NCBI GenBank assembly: GCA_963841565.1
Contig: CAWJCY010000006.1
Coordinates: 192,001 to 256,000, forward strand
Length of the DNA: 64,000 nucleotides
Reading direction: 5' to 3'
Source: an uncultured Nitrososphaerales archaeon
GTDB lineage: Archaea > Thermoproteota > Nitrososphaeria > Nitrososphaerales > Nitrososphaeraceae
A model generated the notes under the pieces. That model saw only the letters and a list, made by a program, of their open reading frames with translations, made no database searches and was not told the origin of the DNA. This document shows positions 43,515 to 54,477 of this stretch, piece by piece; positions within the stretch are counted from its first letter, which is position 1; the number at the start of each line of letters is the position of its first letter. The position numbers and the translations under genes were made by a program.

Positions 43515-43866
43515 CACATGAATATGGAGTTGCTTGCTTTCCTCATGCACAGTGACCGTTCCAGAAGTAAACCCTTAACATAAAAAAATAATGAGTCCTT
43601 ATTAGGTATTTATGGTATTGGCTACTTTCTCTTAACTAATAGCCGGATGGAAAGCCAGTGCTCAAGCACGAATTGGTTTACGGCTATTCATGTCTATTTC
43701 CAGCTCTCAGAATCATGTTCATTTTTGTGGCTACCGTACGTTACGTTTGATTTACCCACCGCTTAAATAAAACTGTCATAAGAAAAAATATAACTCTAAT
43801 GATCAAGTTAGAAGTAGGAGGCGTGATAAACTGCCAAACTACCGATGCTTCTCAAATGAGGAGCGA

Positions 43867-44376
43867 ATGACAAGGGTCCAAGACTCGTATAAGTTGGGAT
43901 ACCTAGTAGAAGATGTCAAAGTACAGTACAAGAATGCTTTGGATGTGTCACTGGACGAAATTGTTATCGATTCGAAGGAAGGAGATATTGGCTCGATTCC
44001 TCGGTGGCTGGCTCAAAACCTCTCAGAGTCAGGAATAGTCACAATACATGACAAGGATGATGCCGCTTACGTCTCCAGAACACTCAACTTGGAGAGAATT
44101 GCAAGGGCTCACGATCTTTCAGGCATAAATGCCGAGTTTTACATCAGAGTCAACGACTATCTTTCCTCATTACACGAAAAGGATCGGGAAAGAATAATTG
44201 TATCACTCAATTCATTCGTAGTATCAAGAATCGAAAAAATTGTCAAGCTGGCTGCTACCTCCACATTAACACCGGCAATAAGAGAAAAATTATCAGTGGA
44301 GGAGCGCGAATTGTATGATTTAGTTCAAGAATCGACTACTGCATTCAAAAAAAGGGTTTTAAGAAAATTTGACTGA
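43867..44376 (+). CDS. GINS complex subunit (Gins23/Psf2-like)
   Basis: IPRWLA and LSVEERELY motifs; overlaps the mcm start. Confidence 0.85.
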   Translation: MTRVQDSYKLGYLVEDVKVQYKNALDVSLDEIVIDSKEGDIGSIPRWLAQNLSESGIVTIHDKDDAAYVSRTLNLERIARAHDLSGINAEFYIRVNDYLSSLHEKDRERIIVSLNSFVVSRIEKIVKLAATSTLTPAIREKLSVEERELYDLVQESTTAFKKRVLRKFD

Positions 44377-46438
44377 ACAGCAGACCTCTGCGTCTTTAGC
44401 TAATGAACTTGAAAGATTTCTACGAGGTTTCAAGGATAATCTAGGCAATTACAAGTACTTTGAAAGAATAAATCACATGATGGCACTGGGCTCAACGTCT
44501 GTAGTAATCGACTATATTGATTTTGATACTTTTACTCCTGAACTTGCAAAGGAGATAACCCACCGCCCTGATGACATGCTTGAAGCTTTTAACTCTGCAG
44601 TCTTGACGGTATTGAACGAGATTCATCCTGATTACGCTGAAGAAATAATCGACAGAATCAAGGTTAGAGTAAGCAATTATTCAGTTCAGAGAACGTTACG
44701 TGATATTAATGCAGAGGTAATCGATAAGCTAATAGGGGTCTGGGGTATGGTTGTAAGATCTTCAGAAGTTAAGCCCTTAGCTAAGAGGATCGGGTATAGA
44801 TGTATGAATTGTCAAACGATTAATGAAGCGCAGCTCAAAGGTCTATTGTTGAAGAAACCCACAAAATGTGTTAATTGTGCAGAAAAGGAGCTTGAAATGG
44901 ATCCAGAGAATAGTGTCTTTACCGATTTTCAATTGGTACGACTCCAAGAGCTGCCGGAGGATTTGCCTGCCGGTCAGCTGCCACATTATGTGGAGGTGAC
45001 TGTAATGGGAGACCTCGTCGATCAGTGTCGTCCCGGTGACAGGATTATGCTAACTGGAATTGTGCGAATTGAGCAAGAGCAAATTTCTCCACAGATCAGA
45101 ACCAGTCTATTCAGACTTAGAATGGAAGGCAATAATATTGAATATCTTGGTGGAGGAATTGGCAATAAGGACTCGCGCACAATTGAGCGTCTAACTATAA
45201 GGAGCGAAGATGAAAGACAAATCATAATTATATCTAGTAAACCTGATGCTTATGACAAATTAATTGCATCGTTTGCCCCACATGTATACGGACATGAAGT
45301 GATAAAGGAATCCATATTATTGTTAATCGTTGGTAGTTTAACAAAGAAACTTAGTGACGGATCAACCAGAAGAGGAGATATGAATGTCTTCCTAGTAGGT
45401 GACCCGGGTACAGCAAAATCAGAAATGCTAAAGTTTGCGGCAAAGATAGCTCCTAGGGGGCTTTATACTTCAGGGAGAGGCTCTACTGCGGCTGGACTTA
45501 CTGCAGCTGTAATTAGGGATAAAACTGGTATAATGATGCTAGAGGCAGGAGCAGTCGTATTGGGCGATCAAGGATTAGTTTGCATAGATGAATTTGATAA
45601 GATGAGACCGGAAGATCGATCTGCGTTACACGAGGTAATGGAACAACAAACTTGTTCTGTTGCGAAAGGAGGAATCGTAGCTACGTTGAATGCAAGAACA
45701 TCTATTCTGTCTGCTGCCAATCCAATGTATGGAAAATACGACCCTTTCAAGAATATAACGGAAAACGTCAATCTGCCTATCCCCCTCCTTACGAGGTTCG
45801 ATCTTATTTTTGTGGTTCGGGATACCCCTGAAAGAGAAAAAGATAGTCGAGTTGCAAGCCATATCCTGGAAATTCATAGGGATACTAATCGAGCTGCTCA
45901 ACCTGCCATTGATACAGAATTGCTTAGTAAGTATTTGGCATATGCAAAGCAAGTCGAGCCTTCTCTATCGAATGAAGCAATGGATATAATTAAGGACTAT
46001 TATATGAAAATGCGAAATGTAGAAGCTGAGGGAATGATTACTGTTACCCCTAGACAACTTGAAGGACTCGTGAGGTTAGCGACTGCCCGAGCCCGATTGT
46101 TGTTAAAGGATAGAGTGGAAACTGATGATGCCGAACGTGCAATATATCTGGTGCAAAGAATGCTAGAGACGGCTGGTATGGATGTAAATACTGGGAAGGT
46201 AGATCTAGGGGTACTTCACGGTAAACCACACAGCGAAGTCTCTAAACTGAAGCTATTTATAGAGATATTTAACGCCCTTGCAGGCGAGGATAAGAATGAC
46301 GTGAGTGAAAGAAACTTCATTGACGAACTCATAAATACTGGAAAATTTACGGAAGACGAGGCTAAGACGTATCTAAGAAAAGCCATGCAAAACGGACAAA
46401 TCTTCGAACGAAAAGCTGGATTTTATGCAAAGGCTTGA
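44369..46438 (+). CDS. mcm: replicative helicase MCM (no intein)
   Basis: C4 Zn finger, GDPGTAKS, IDEFDKM and TRFD. Confidence 0.98.
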   Translation: MTEQQTSASLANELERFLRGFKDNLGNYKYFERINHMMALGSTSVVIDYIDFDTFTPELAKEITHRPDDMLEAFNSAVLTVLNEIHPDYAEEIIDRIKVRVSNYSVQRTLRDINAEVIDKLIGVWGMVVRSSEVKPLAKRIGYRCMNCQTINEAQLKGLLLKKPTKCVNCAEKELEMDPENSVFTDFQLVRLQELPEDLPAGQLPHYVEVTVMGDLVDQCRPGDRIMLTGIVRIEQEQISPQIRTSLFRLRMEGNNIEYLGGGIGNKDSRTIERLTIRSEDERQIIIISSKPDAYDKLIASFAPHVYGHEVIKESILLLIVGSLTKKLSDGSTRRGDMNVFLVGDPGTAKSEMLKFAAKIAPRGLYTSGRGSTAAGLTAAVIRDKTGIMMLEAGAVVLGDQGLVCIDEFDKMRPEDRSALHEVMEQQTCSVAKGGIVATLNARTSILSAANPMYGKYDPFKNITENVNLPIPLLTRFDLIFVVRDTPEREKDSRVASHILEIHRDTNRAAQPAIDTELLSKYLAYAKQVEPSLSNEAMDIIKDYYMKMRNVEAEGMITVTPRQLEGLVRLATARARLLLKDRVETDDAERAIYLVQRMLETAGMDVNTGKVDLGVLHGKPHSEVSKLKLFIEIFNALAGEDKNDVSERNFIDELINTGKFTEDEAKTYLRKAMQNGQIFERKAGFYAKA

Positions 46439-47029
46439 GCTCGGCCTGCTTACAAACGTGTATTTGATCGCTTGAGTATAATTTTATTAACGAAAATTCA
46501 TCGTCGCCGTAAGTGTCGTAGATTTGTCAATTATAGTATATGGTAAGGTTAGTCCTAATGTCCATTGCGAGGACTTGAAAATGTGTTCAGCAGAAAAAAA
46601 ATAACTGACATGTAATAAGAGCTACTATCTTTGAAGGAAATGTACCCCGATCAACACTATATCTTATTTATGACAGACGTTTATAGATACAATTTTCTTA
46701 GGACTACATATTTAATGTACTACTATGTATTCAATTCAATTCATGTACTCAAAGTAAGATAATGATTAATTCCAGAAGTTAGACATGTTCATAAATGTGA
46801 TGCATATTATGGCCAATAGCGTTGTACAAGATAATCAACCTTGATGAACAATGACATCAGAATATCCTTTATCTACCGAATCTTTGAAATTGACCTTAAG
46901 GTAAACTATACATAAATTTGTTCCTTGATCGATCTTTTTGTATTGTTGACTCGGTTTAGCCAAACATTTGAGGTGCCTCATTGTTTCTAACAAATGTTAA
47001 ATACACTTCCTCCCTAAGTAAGACAGAGG

Positions 47030-47407
47030 ATGCGTCGAAGTATTCTTGCTGTTATTATAAGTGTAATAATTGTGTCATCAGGGGTGTTGATAGTAGTATA
47101 TGGTTTTAACGTATTTTCTGCGGATTACAATCTTGAATTAGATCCTCTTAAGGACGAGCAAAACCTCTTTAGTACCGCTAGAGTCGCACTTTCCAATACT
47201 GGTAAGCTTCCTCTGACCAACGTAGTCATAAATTATGGTGGGCAAACTACTGAGTCAGTAGATTCAATTTCACCAGGACAGAAATTGCTGTTATCACCGC
47301 CTGGGAATGCCCCGCTCGACTTCGTTACTGTTACTACTGGGGAGGGCCTGAACCTGACGAAGGCGTATAGAACACCCATCAAACTACCAGGAATGATGGG
47401 ATCATAG
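47030..47407 (+). CDS. hypothetical membrane-anchored Ig-like protein
   Basis: N-terminal TM helix; LSNTGKLPLTNV. Confidence 0.75.
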   Translation: MRRSILAVIISVIIVSSGVLIVVYGFNVFSADYNLELDPLKDEQNLFSTARVALSNTGKLPLTNVVINYGGQTTESVDSISPGQKLLLSPPGNAPLDFVTVTTGEGLNLTKAYRTPIKLPGMMGS

Positions 47408-47749
47408 TACCGGCCATAGTGTGATACCGGCTGCACTTCTTGGGCTAACTAGCTACATCTGCATCCATGGACTTAATCGAAAGGCATCTGCATGGATAAA
47501 TACTATATCTAACACGCCGTTCATGGTTGTAGGCAGGATAAATGCATATACATGAAATGTAACCTACAAAATAATACTTCCATATGACCAATTCCTATTT
47601 AGATTTGATAATATGTAGTCATATCTAACAATTTACCCGTTTTATTATTATGCAAAATTTACAAAAAAAACACAGCTGAAATATTCTCGCTGCGCAAAAC
47701 TTAGCGAAATTTAATACGCACTTGTTCGTTCATTTCGTTGTTACTAGCT

Positions 47750-48376
47750 ATGTTTACAGGAATTATTGAAGGGTTAGGTGAAGTGAGATCTATCTCCAGT
47801 TTGAACAAAGAATTGGGTCGGCCTGCCCACATGAGGTTAAAACTGAAAATCCCGCTAAGATTACTGAATGGGCTCAAGTTGGGTGACAGTATGAATCTCA
47901 ATGGAACCTGTTTGACAGTTATGAACAAACGAAACCAAATGGTCGAATTCGAATTAGTGCGTGAGACTACTAAGAGATCACAGATGGGACAATTGAAAAA
48001 GGGAGACTTAGTCAATATTGAGAGAAGCCTACGGTTGGGCGATAGACTAGGCGGCCACATCGTCTTAGGGCATACAGACGGTACGGGAATTGTTGATGAA
48101 GTTAAAAGAAAAGACACGGAGACAAAAATGTGGATCAAATGTGAGGATCATTCACTCATGCCTTATATTGCCCAGAAAGGCTCTGTTGCAATTGATGGCA
48201 TTAGTCTTACTTCAAATGATGTGGATGGGAAAAAGAATAGATTTTCTGTTTCACTTATACCCTTTACGCTGGAAAATACTACCTTAGGTTTAAAGCGACG
48301 CGGAGATTTAGTAAACATAGAGATTGACATACTAAGCCGATATGTGCTTAATTACCAAAATTTTGGTAATAACTAA
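47750..48376 (+). CDS. ribE: riboflavin synthase, bacterial alpha-chain type
   Basis: MFTGIIE, NGTCLTV, VNIERS, GGHIVLGH and VNIEID. Confidence 0.95.
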   Translation: MFTGIIEGLGEVRSISSLNKELGRPAHMRLKLKIPLRLLNGLKLGDSMNLNGTCLTVMNKRNQMVEFELVRETTKRSQMGQLKKGDLVNIERSLRLGDRLGGHIVLGHTDGTGIVDEVKRKDTETKMWIKCEDHSLMPYIAQKGSVAIDGISLTSNDVDGKKNRFSVSLIPFTLENTTLGLKRRGDLVNIEIDILSRYVLNYQNFGNN

Positions 48377-48403
48377 AAAATTAGTAAGATATATAACAAA
48401 TTG

Positions 48404-49105
48404 ATGTCGACTATTATTCGATTGTATTCACTTGAAGATGCAATAGTTGCATTCTCAGCTGGCAAATTTGTACTTATACATGACGACGAAGGGAGAGAGA
48501 ACGAGGTTGATATGGTGATCGCATCGCAGTTCGTAACCCCTATGCACGTTGGCATTATGCACAGGCATGCAGGTGGTTTAATTTGTACTGCAATCACCCA
48601 CGAAGCTGCGTCAAAATTGGGCTTAATGTACATGCATGACATCTTGGAACATATGTCTACTACTGCTCCTAAGCTTTCGAAGCTTGCTTTCAGCAGGGCC
48701 CCATATGGTGATAGGTCAGCTTTTTCTATTTCAGTGAACCACCGTGATACCTATACAGGCATTACTGATTACGACAGGGCATTAACAATTAATGGAATTG
48801 CAGACGTGTGTAGAAAAATTGACTCGGATGGGCCGGAAAGATTCTCCGATACCTTCAGGGCTCCAGGACATGTTCCGATCTTGATTGCATCGAAGGGACT
48901 ACTAAATAACAGAATAGGCCATACTGAACTGTGTATGTATTTGGCTCAAGTTTCAGGGCTTACTCATTCAGTCGTCGTGTGCGAGATGCTTGACGTAAAT
49001 ACACATCGTGCATTGACCATTGACGGGGCTCTAAAGTATGCTAGGGAGAATAACATCCTTATACTTGAAGGCAGCCAACTAACAACTTATGCTAAGGCGG
49101 TATAA
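48404..49105 (+). CDS. ribB: 3,4-dihydroxy-2-butanone-4-phosphate synthase
   Basis: DDEGRENEVD, TGITDYDRA, FRAPGHV, GHTE and CEM. Confidence 0.95.
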   Translation: MSTIIRLYSLEDAIVAFSAGKFVLIHDDEGRENEVDMVIASQFVTPMHVGIMHRHAGGLICTAITHEAASKLGLMYMHDILEHMSTTAPKLSKLAFSRAPYGDRSAFSISVNHRDTYTGITDYDRALTINGIADVCRKIDSDGPERFSDTFRAPGHVPILIASKGLLNNRIGHTELCMYLAQVSGLTHSVVVCEMLDVNTHRALTIDGALKYARENNILILEGSQLTTYAKAV

Positions 49106-49114
49106 TGAAATTCT

Positions 49115-49582
49115 TTGGACAAGATCAGGATAGCCATAGTTGTATCTGAATTTAATAAAGAAATCACTTATAAAATGTCTGATCTTGCAAAGGAAAACAT
49201 TTTCAAGCAAAATGATGTCACATTGAGCTATTTGTGTTATGTTCCTGGTTGTTACGATATGCCTCTGATCATTAACGAGTTATTAAAACGAAGGGATGTT
49301 GATGCAGTAATTACACTCGGGGCAATTATCAAAGGAGAAACAAAACATGACGAGCTGATTGCAAATAGTGTAGCAAAGAGCTTCATCGATCTTTCATTAA
49401 AGTATAGGAAACCTGTCATACTTGGCATCGGTGGGCCAGATATGACTCTTCAACAAGCACGAGATCGAGTTGAGATTATTTCCTCAAGGACAGTAATTGC
49501 GGCAGTTAACATGACGCGACGCCTAAAAAAATTAAAAACGCAAAGATCTGGTTTGAGTACTTCTCCATTAGTGATAGTGTAG
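49115..49582 (+). CDS. ribH: 6,7-dimethyl-8-ribityllumazine synthase
   Basis: IVVSEFN, VPGCYDMP and LGAIIKGETKHD. Confidence 0.95.
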   Translation: MDKIRIAIVVSEFNKEITYKMSDLAKENIFKQNDVTLSYLCYVPGCYDMPLIINELLKRRDVDAVITLGAIIKGETKHDELIANSVAKSFIDLSLKYRKPVILGIGGPDMTLQQARDRVEIISSRTVIAAVNMTRRLKKLKTQRSGLSTSPLVIV

Positions 49583-49588
49583 ATAGAT

Positions 49589-50344
49589 ATGCATTTAACA
49601 GTAATCAAGATAGACAGATATGGACCATGGACTCTGACCCTTGGCAGCGATCGAGAATCAGCACTCCAAATGCTTCAAGCAAGGATCTATTTTGATATCC
49701 AACGGTTATTTTCTGAAAAACACTGCATTGTCTACCCTAATAGATTTGATGAATACTTTGCTATCACCAATGGATTGCTAATTTCAGATTTAGTGGATAT
49801 ACAAAGAGAGCTTACCAAATTATATCCGCAGTTGGGATTTTCAATGGCCATAGGGGACGGTGACACTCCTACTCAGGCAGACAGAAGCGCTTTTGATGCT
49901 CGAAAAAATGGTGTTCAAATCGCGTCCCGAGGAATCTATGGACATGACTTACATGGAAACCAACTAGGTAATCATATGACTGATATCCGGATAATGCATA
50001 TCGATGTTAGTGGGCTCAGTAAACTGAACTTGGAAATGTCTCCTTATCAAGTAACATCCATGATTTTCGGCATATATTCACGTTTAGTTGATAAATTTAT
50101 GGAAAAGGATTGCCTTACTTTTTATCTTGGAGGGGATAATTTTATGGTGGTAGCAAGCAATATACTCAAAGAAGAAGTAGAAAATATACTGCTTGGAATT
50201 ACAGAAGATACGCGTATTCCTCTTAATTGTGGAATAGGAAAAGGAAAAACAGGGAGAGAAGCCGCCATGATTGCAACAAAGGCCCTTGACAAAATTAGAG
50301 AATTAAGAGATAATGGTACACACGTTTCAATTTATGAGATATAA
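49589..50344 (+). CDS. gch3: GTP cyclohydrolase III (archaeal ArfA)
   Basis: IDRYGPWTLTLGSDRE..LQ.LQ, RFD, HID, YLGGDNFM and CGIG. Confidence 0.92.
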   Translation: MHLTVIKIDRYGPWTLTLGSDRESALQMLQARIYFDIQRLFSEKHCIVYPNRFDEYFAITNGLLISDLVDIQRELTKLYPQLGFSMAIGDGDTPTQADRSAFDARKNGVQIASRGIYGHDLHGNQLGNHMTDIRIMHIDVSGLSKLNLEMSPYQVTSMIFGIYSRLVDKFMEKDCLTFYLGGDNFMVVASNILKEEVENILLGITEDTRIPLNCGIGKGKTGREAAMIATKALDKIRELRDNGTHVSIYEI

Positions 50345-51619
50345 TGCCTGTTCTCATAAAGAACGCAAGTCTCCTGAGAGGACCAGATCTAATATTTGTT
50401 GAAAGAGGAGTCATACAGATCTCTGACAAGGGTATCATTACTAGGGTTGGAACTGACAGGGAACTTAACCCCATAGATAGGGGATCATCAATTTTTGATG
50501 CGGAAGGTCTTTTGCTTCTTCCTGGGCTAATAAATGCGCACACGCACGTCGGAGATTCTATTGCAAAGGACTTTACCTCAGATCCCGATTTGTCGTCGAC
50601 TGTTGATCCAATTGTCGGAATAAAACGAAAGATCCTTTCCAGAACCGATCCTATTCACCTGGAGGCATTCATGAGAAATACCGCGGTCTCAATGTTAAAA
50701 AGTGGAATTGTAGCATTTGCAGATTTCCGTGAGGGAGGTCTGGATGGCGTAGAGCTATTAAGGAGAGCAGTCTCCGGTTTAAAGATTAAGCCTTTAGTAT
50801 TAGGTAGAATAGAGAAGTACTTCGAGCCTCCTCCTTATCCCCAATCTAACCCAGACACCGACACCAAAGAATCATCAGTAGATTCTTCTGTCTTACCACA
50901 GGAGGTATCCGATGTGCTTGATGTTTCAGATGGACTCGGAATAAGTGGGACAAATGAAAACACCAATAGGTCGCTAACTGAGTATTCCAAGGCGATTAGA
51001 AACTACAATAACACAAGTAGCCAGGGGAACAGAAGATTACTTGCGATCCACACTGCCGAGTCTCAAGATACGAGCGCTCTGTCCATTAGGAAGTTTGGGG
51101 TGACTGAAGTTGAAAGATCAATCAAGTTTCTCCAGCCTGACTTCGTTGTACATATGACACAAGCGACTGATAAGGACATTGCTCGCCATAGCCACAAATA
51201 AAATAGGTGTAGTGGTTTGTCCGAGATCGAACGGATTACTAGGTTGTGGTATCCCTAGAATTGCTGATATGATGAACAACGGTTGCATAGTAGGATTAGG
51301 AACTGATAACGTTATGCTCAATTCTCCAGATTTATTCAAGGAAATGGACTACATTTGGAAGGTTTCTAGGGCTACAGATGCACATCAGATAAGTGCACGG
51401 GATATATTGAAAATGGCCACTGTTAATGGAGCTGAAATTCTCCACCTGAATTCTGGTTGCATCGAACCTGGTCGATCCGCTGACATGATGTTCATAGATA
51501 AGAGACATGTTGACCTCTATCCCATCCACGATCCTTATGCTTCTATAGTACAAAGGGCCAGTCAAAGTTCGATCATGGGTATGATGATAAACGGAGAATT
51601 TGTAACAGTGAATTCGTGA
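50344..51619 (+). CDS. metal-dependent amidohydrolase/deaminase (frameshift near 51183)
   Basis: PGLINAHTH, DFREGG, IHTAE and VVHMT, then VCPRSN, LGTDN and ATVNGA in the next frame. Confidence 0.9.
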
Positions 51620-52285
51620 AAGAGGCAATTAAGCAATTGAAGATTGTTATTAATGCAGCAATGACAGCTGACGGAAAAATAGCTACGAGAAAGGGAAATT
51701 CAGCTATATCGTCAAATGCTGATTTGAGAAGAGTACATCAACTAAGGAATTCAGTAGATGCAATAATGGTCGGTATTTCTACAGTATTAACAGATGATCC
51801 CCAGCTGACAGTTAGATTTGGCACGGCAGGCTCAAGGTCCCCTGCAAGGGTGGTAGTTGATAGCACTGGGAAGATTCCTTCAAGTTCTAGGCTCCTGAAA
51901 AAGGCTAATGAAATAAACACCATAGTGGCTACCTCCAAAAGGATTACTTTTGATAATATCCGTCGAATAGAGAGTACTGGCGCAAAAGTTCTAGTTGCAG
52001 GACGAAATAAAGTTGAGCTTAGGAAGGTTTTCAGAATACTGGAAAAAATGGGTTATAAGAGAATTTTAGTGGAAGGAGGAGGAGAGCTGAAATTGGTCCG
52101 TTCTAAAACTTGGTATTGTTGACGAACTAACAATCACCATATCTCCTCGGATAATTGGCGGGAGATCTGCAACCACGTTAGTAGAGGGTGAAGGTTGTAA
52201 TCGGATTTCTGAAGGCATGCCACTAAAGCTTAGAGATGTAAAAAGGCATGCAAACGGGGAAATAATCTTATTCTATGAACTCTAA
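51616..52285 (+). CDS. arfC: 2,5-diamino-6-ribosylamino-4(3H)-pyrimidinone 5'-phosphate reductase (RibD C-terminal/ArfC type; frameshift near 52090)
   Basis: AMTADGKIA, DAIMVG..TV..DDP.L and LVEGGGEL, continuing NWSVLKLGIVDELTITISPRIIGG...EGEG to TAA 52285; no deaminase domain. Confidence 0.9.
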
Positions 52286-52430
52286 GCCTTGATCATCTCT
52301 CATCTATACTTATGCGGATCACATGTTCGAAACATAAATTGTGCTTTTTGATTTGGTACGAAATTTGTCGTGAGTAAAAAGCTGCTTGTGGTTGATAAAA
52401 TTAAAATTAGTCAATATAGTCAAATGTACG

Positions 52431-52604
52431 ATGAATAGGAAGGAATTATCTAATAATTGTAAAAATGGAAATCATATTGATTGCGAAGAATGTGTGTGCA
52501 AATGTCACATCCCTGGTACTATGGAATACATGTCACGAAATATAGCACGGTTAGAGAAAGAGCGTCCTGGGTTGGGCGAATCACTTCCGGCCTTCACGCA
52601 GTAG
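52431..52604 (+). CDS. 57-aa Cys/His-rich microprotein
   Basis: MNRKELSNNCKNGNHIDCEECVCKCH...; ATG follows an AT-rich promoter-like region. Confidence 0.55.
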   Translation: MNRKELSNNCKNGNHIDCEECVCKCHIPGTMEYMSRNIARLEKERPGLGESLPAFTQ

Positions 52605-52850
52605 AATTACATCTCAAATCCAATAGAAGTGGGAAAATGGTTAGCCTTAGGTCAAATGGAAATAGAGCGCTCATACCCTGAGACAAGGAGTTAAATGCGC
52701 CCAATTCTCTACCCTGTCCTAGGAATTTACTCCTTTATTTCAAGCATTTTTCTCATAGTTGAGTCAAATTCGACGTAATAATGACTATGGATTGATGCCT
52801 TTTGACAATCCAGAGAAATCTGATGACTGACTCTGTTAGTTCTGTAGTGA

Positions 52851-53609
52851 CTATTGTATCATACTTGACAAGTCCAAATTGAAGAATTCCTTCAAAATCC
52901 CAATATATGCCTTCACTGGGGGAGGTATTTCGCTTTCGCATGCAATACCTATGTTCCAAGCGTTTATCCAGATAACCATGCATTGAACCATGATCACGAA
53001 TCGCTGGTACTCTCCTGGGACTACATCCATTTCCGTAACATATCTGCTTGCTATGTTCCATGATCCCGTAAAGTCTAAGCACTTGGTACCGTGAATGGTT
53101 TCAATCTGCTCCTGCAAGTCTTTATAAAATTCAAAAGGTTTCATAGTCATGAAGAACGGAAAACTTACTTTTGATGGTTTGATTAATCCAAGCGGAGATA
53201 GAATTGTCAGTATCCTGATGTTATCCTTTGTCTCTTTCTTGAATTTCGCCGTCATTTGATCTGCGATTTGTTCGTCATTAAACCAAAACAAAACTACTGT
53301 CGCGTCAGAAAGACTAACGTTTCTAATATCATCAACAATTATTTGTGCATTCTTCAGTCTTCTTATCCTTTTTTTTGCCACGGAGGCTATTTCATCTCTT
53401 TTCTCGACACCAATAGAACGTTTCACGCCAAATTCCTTGGCCGGAATTTGTACCGTGTTCCCTACCCCACAGCCAAGATGATAAAAGATATCATCATTAT
53501 TAACCTCTCCAAATCTAAAGATTTTTCTCACCACATTTTCAGGTAAAGATATATCATCACCCGTTAGAACATTCTCCGGTAACGAAGACACAAACTCTGA
53601 AATGTCCAA
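52851..53609 (-). CDS. class I SAM-dependent methyltransferase (DOT1/protein-lysine MTase-like) with helical C-terminal extension
   Basis: FYHLGCGVG, GVEK and SDATVVLFW. Confidence 0.8.
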   Translation of the reverse strand: MDISEFVSSLPENVLTGDDISLPENVVRKIFRFGEVNNDDIFYHLGCGVGNTVQIPAKEFGVKRSIGVEKRDEIASVAKKRIRRLKNAQIIVDDIRNVSLSDATVVLFWFNDEQIADQMTAKFKKETKDNIRILTILSPLGLIKPSKVSFPFFMTMKPFEFYKDLQEQIETIHGTKCLDFTGSWNIASRYVTEMDVVPGEYQRFVIMVQCMVIWINAWNIGIACESEIPPPVKAYIGILKEFFNLDLSSMIQ

Positions 53610-54049
53610 TCTAAGTTTCTAGATTCCGTGACTATAAATACCATCGTCTTGATTGCATCGAGCTTGCAACTATGTGACCAGGCTTGAAAACATAGGAATT
53701 TTCTCAGAGGGAAGTTGTTTTTGCCTAATGCATTTCTATTTGCAGATTTGCAAGAATAAGAAGCAAGTAAAATCACAAAGGGTTCGCTTTGACATAGCGG
53801 AAGCAGAAGGCTTTCTGAACTGCTCACAAAATTTGGTATGTTTAATTGACAAGTCTGAGTCGTTCACAGAAATTAAGCTTCATTAAAAACTGGTTGAGTG
53901 AGTGATTGAACGGGTAATCATCATTAAAGACAGGATCTCTGTAATCTTTATTACGGCTAAATATAACTCAATTACAATAAAATTGAGGAGGTTTTAAAAA
54001 AATTGTAAAAAAATTGCGGTAGTTAAGGTAATTTGATCGCTCGCTACGA

Positions 54050-54343
54050 TTAACCTTCTTCCCAGCCCTTTTCAAATACACCATTCTTGTGAAGAGGAAC
54101 TGGCGCACCTGAAGTGTATTCCATAGGCCTCATCCAGAAAATAGCATGGGTTGGACAGACCCCTATGCATGCTCCGTCTGATATGCATCGTTCAGGGTAA
54201 AAGATAAATGCTTTTCCTCTTTTCCATCCCTCTACCGGCTTTACCCTCAGTACATCTGGACCTAAAGCTGTACAAATCTCTACGCAGAGAGCACAACCAA
54301 TACATCTCTGTTCGTCTACATCTGGAAGTATAGCAATTGGCAT
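54050..54343 (-). CDS. dicluster ferredoxin
   Basis: CIGCALCVEIC and CISDGACIGVCP. Confidence 0.95.
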   Translation of the reverse strand: MPIAILPDVDEQRCIGCALCVEICTALGPDVLRVKPVEGWKRGKAFIFYPERCISDGACIGVCPTHAIFWMRPMEYTSGAPVPLHKNGVFEKGWEEG

Positions 54344-54477
54344 CTTCTAATTCACTAATGGTGCATCTCTCTGAGACTATTTAAACACTATGTCAATTGT
54401 AAAACAGTGTTATATCATCTAATGAAACGAAGAAATAAAAAACAAATACAAAAAATTACCAGAATTTATTTACTTGT

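Noticed and set aside
43647-43660. 13/14-nt complementarity to the pre-tRNA-Gly anticodon arm (C/D guide RNA?)
   Set aside because: No proper C or D boxes, and a match of this length is expected by chance.
46544-46558. TAAGGTTAGTCCTAA, DtxR-like box after mcm
   Set aside because: Wrong spacing (15 bp) and no credible downstream gene.
43515-47029. Replication origin near gins-mcm
   Set aside because: No cdc6/orc1 gene and no repeated ORB-like elements seen.
47408-47749. FMN riboswitch upstream of the rib operon
   Set aside because: None of the conserved RFN segments are present.
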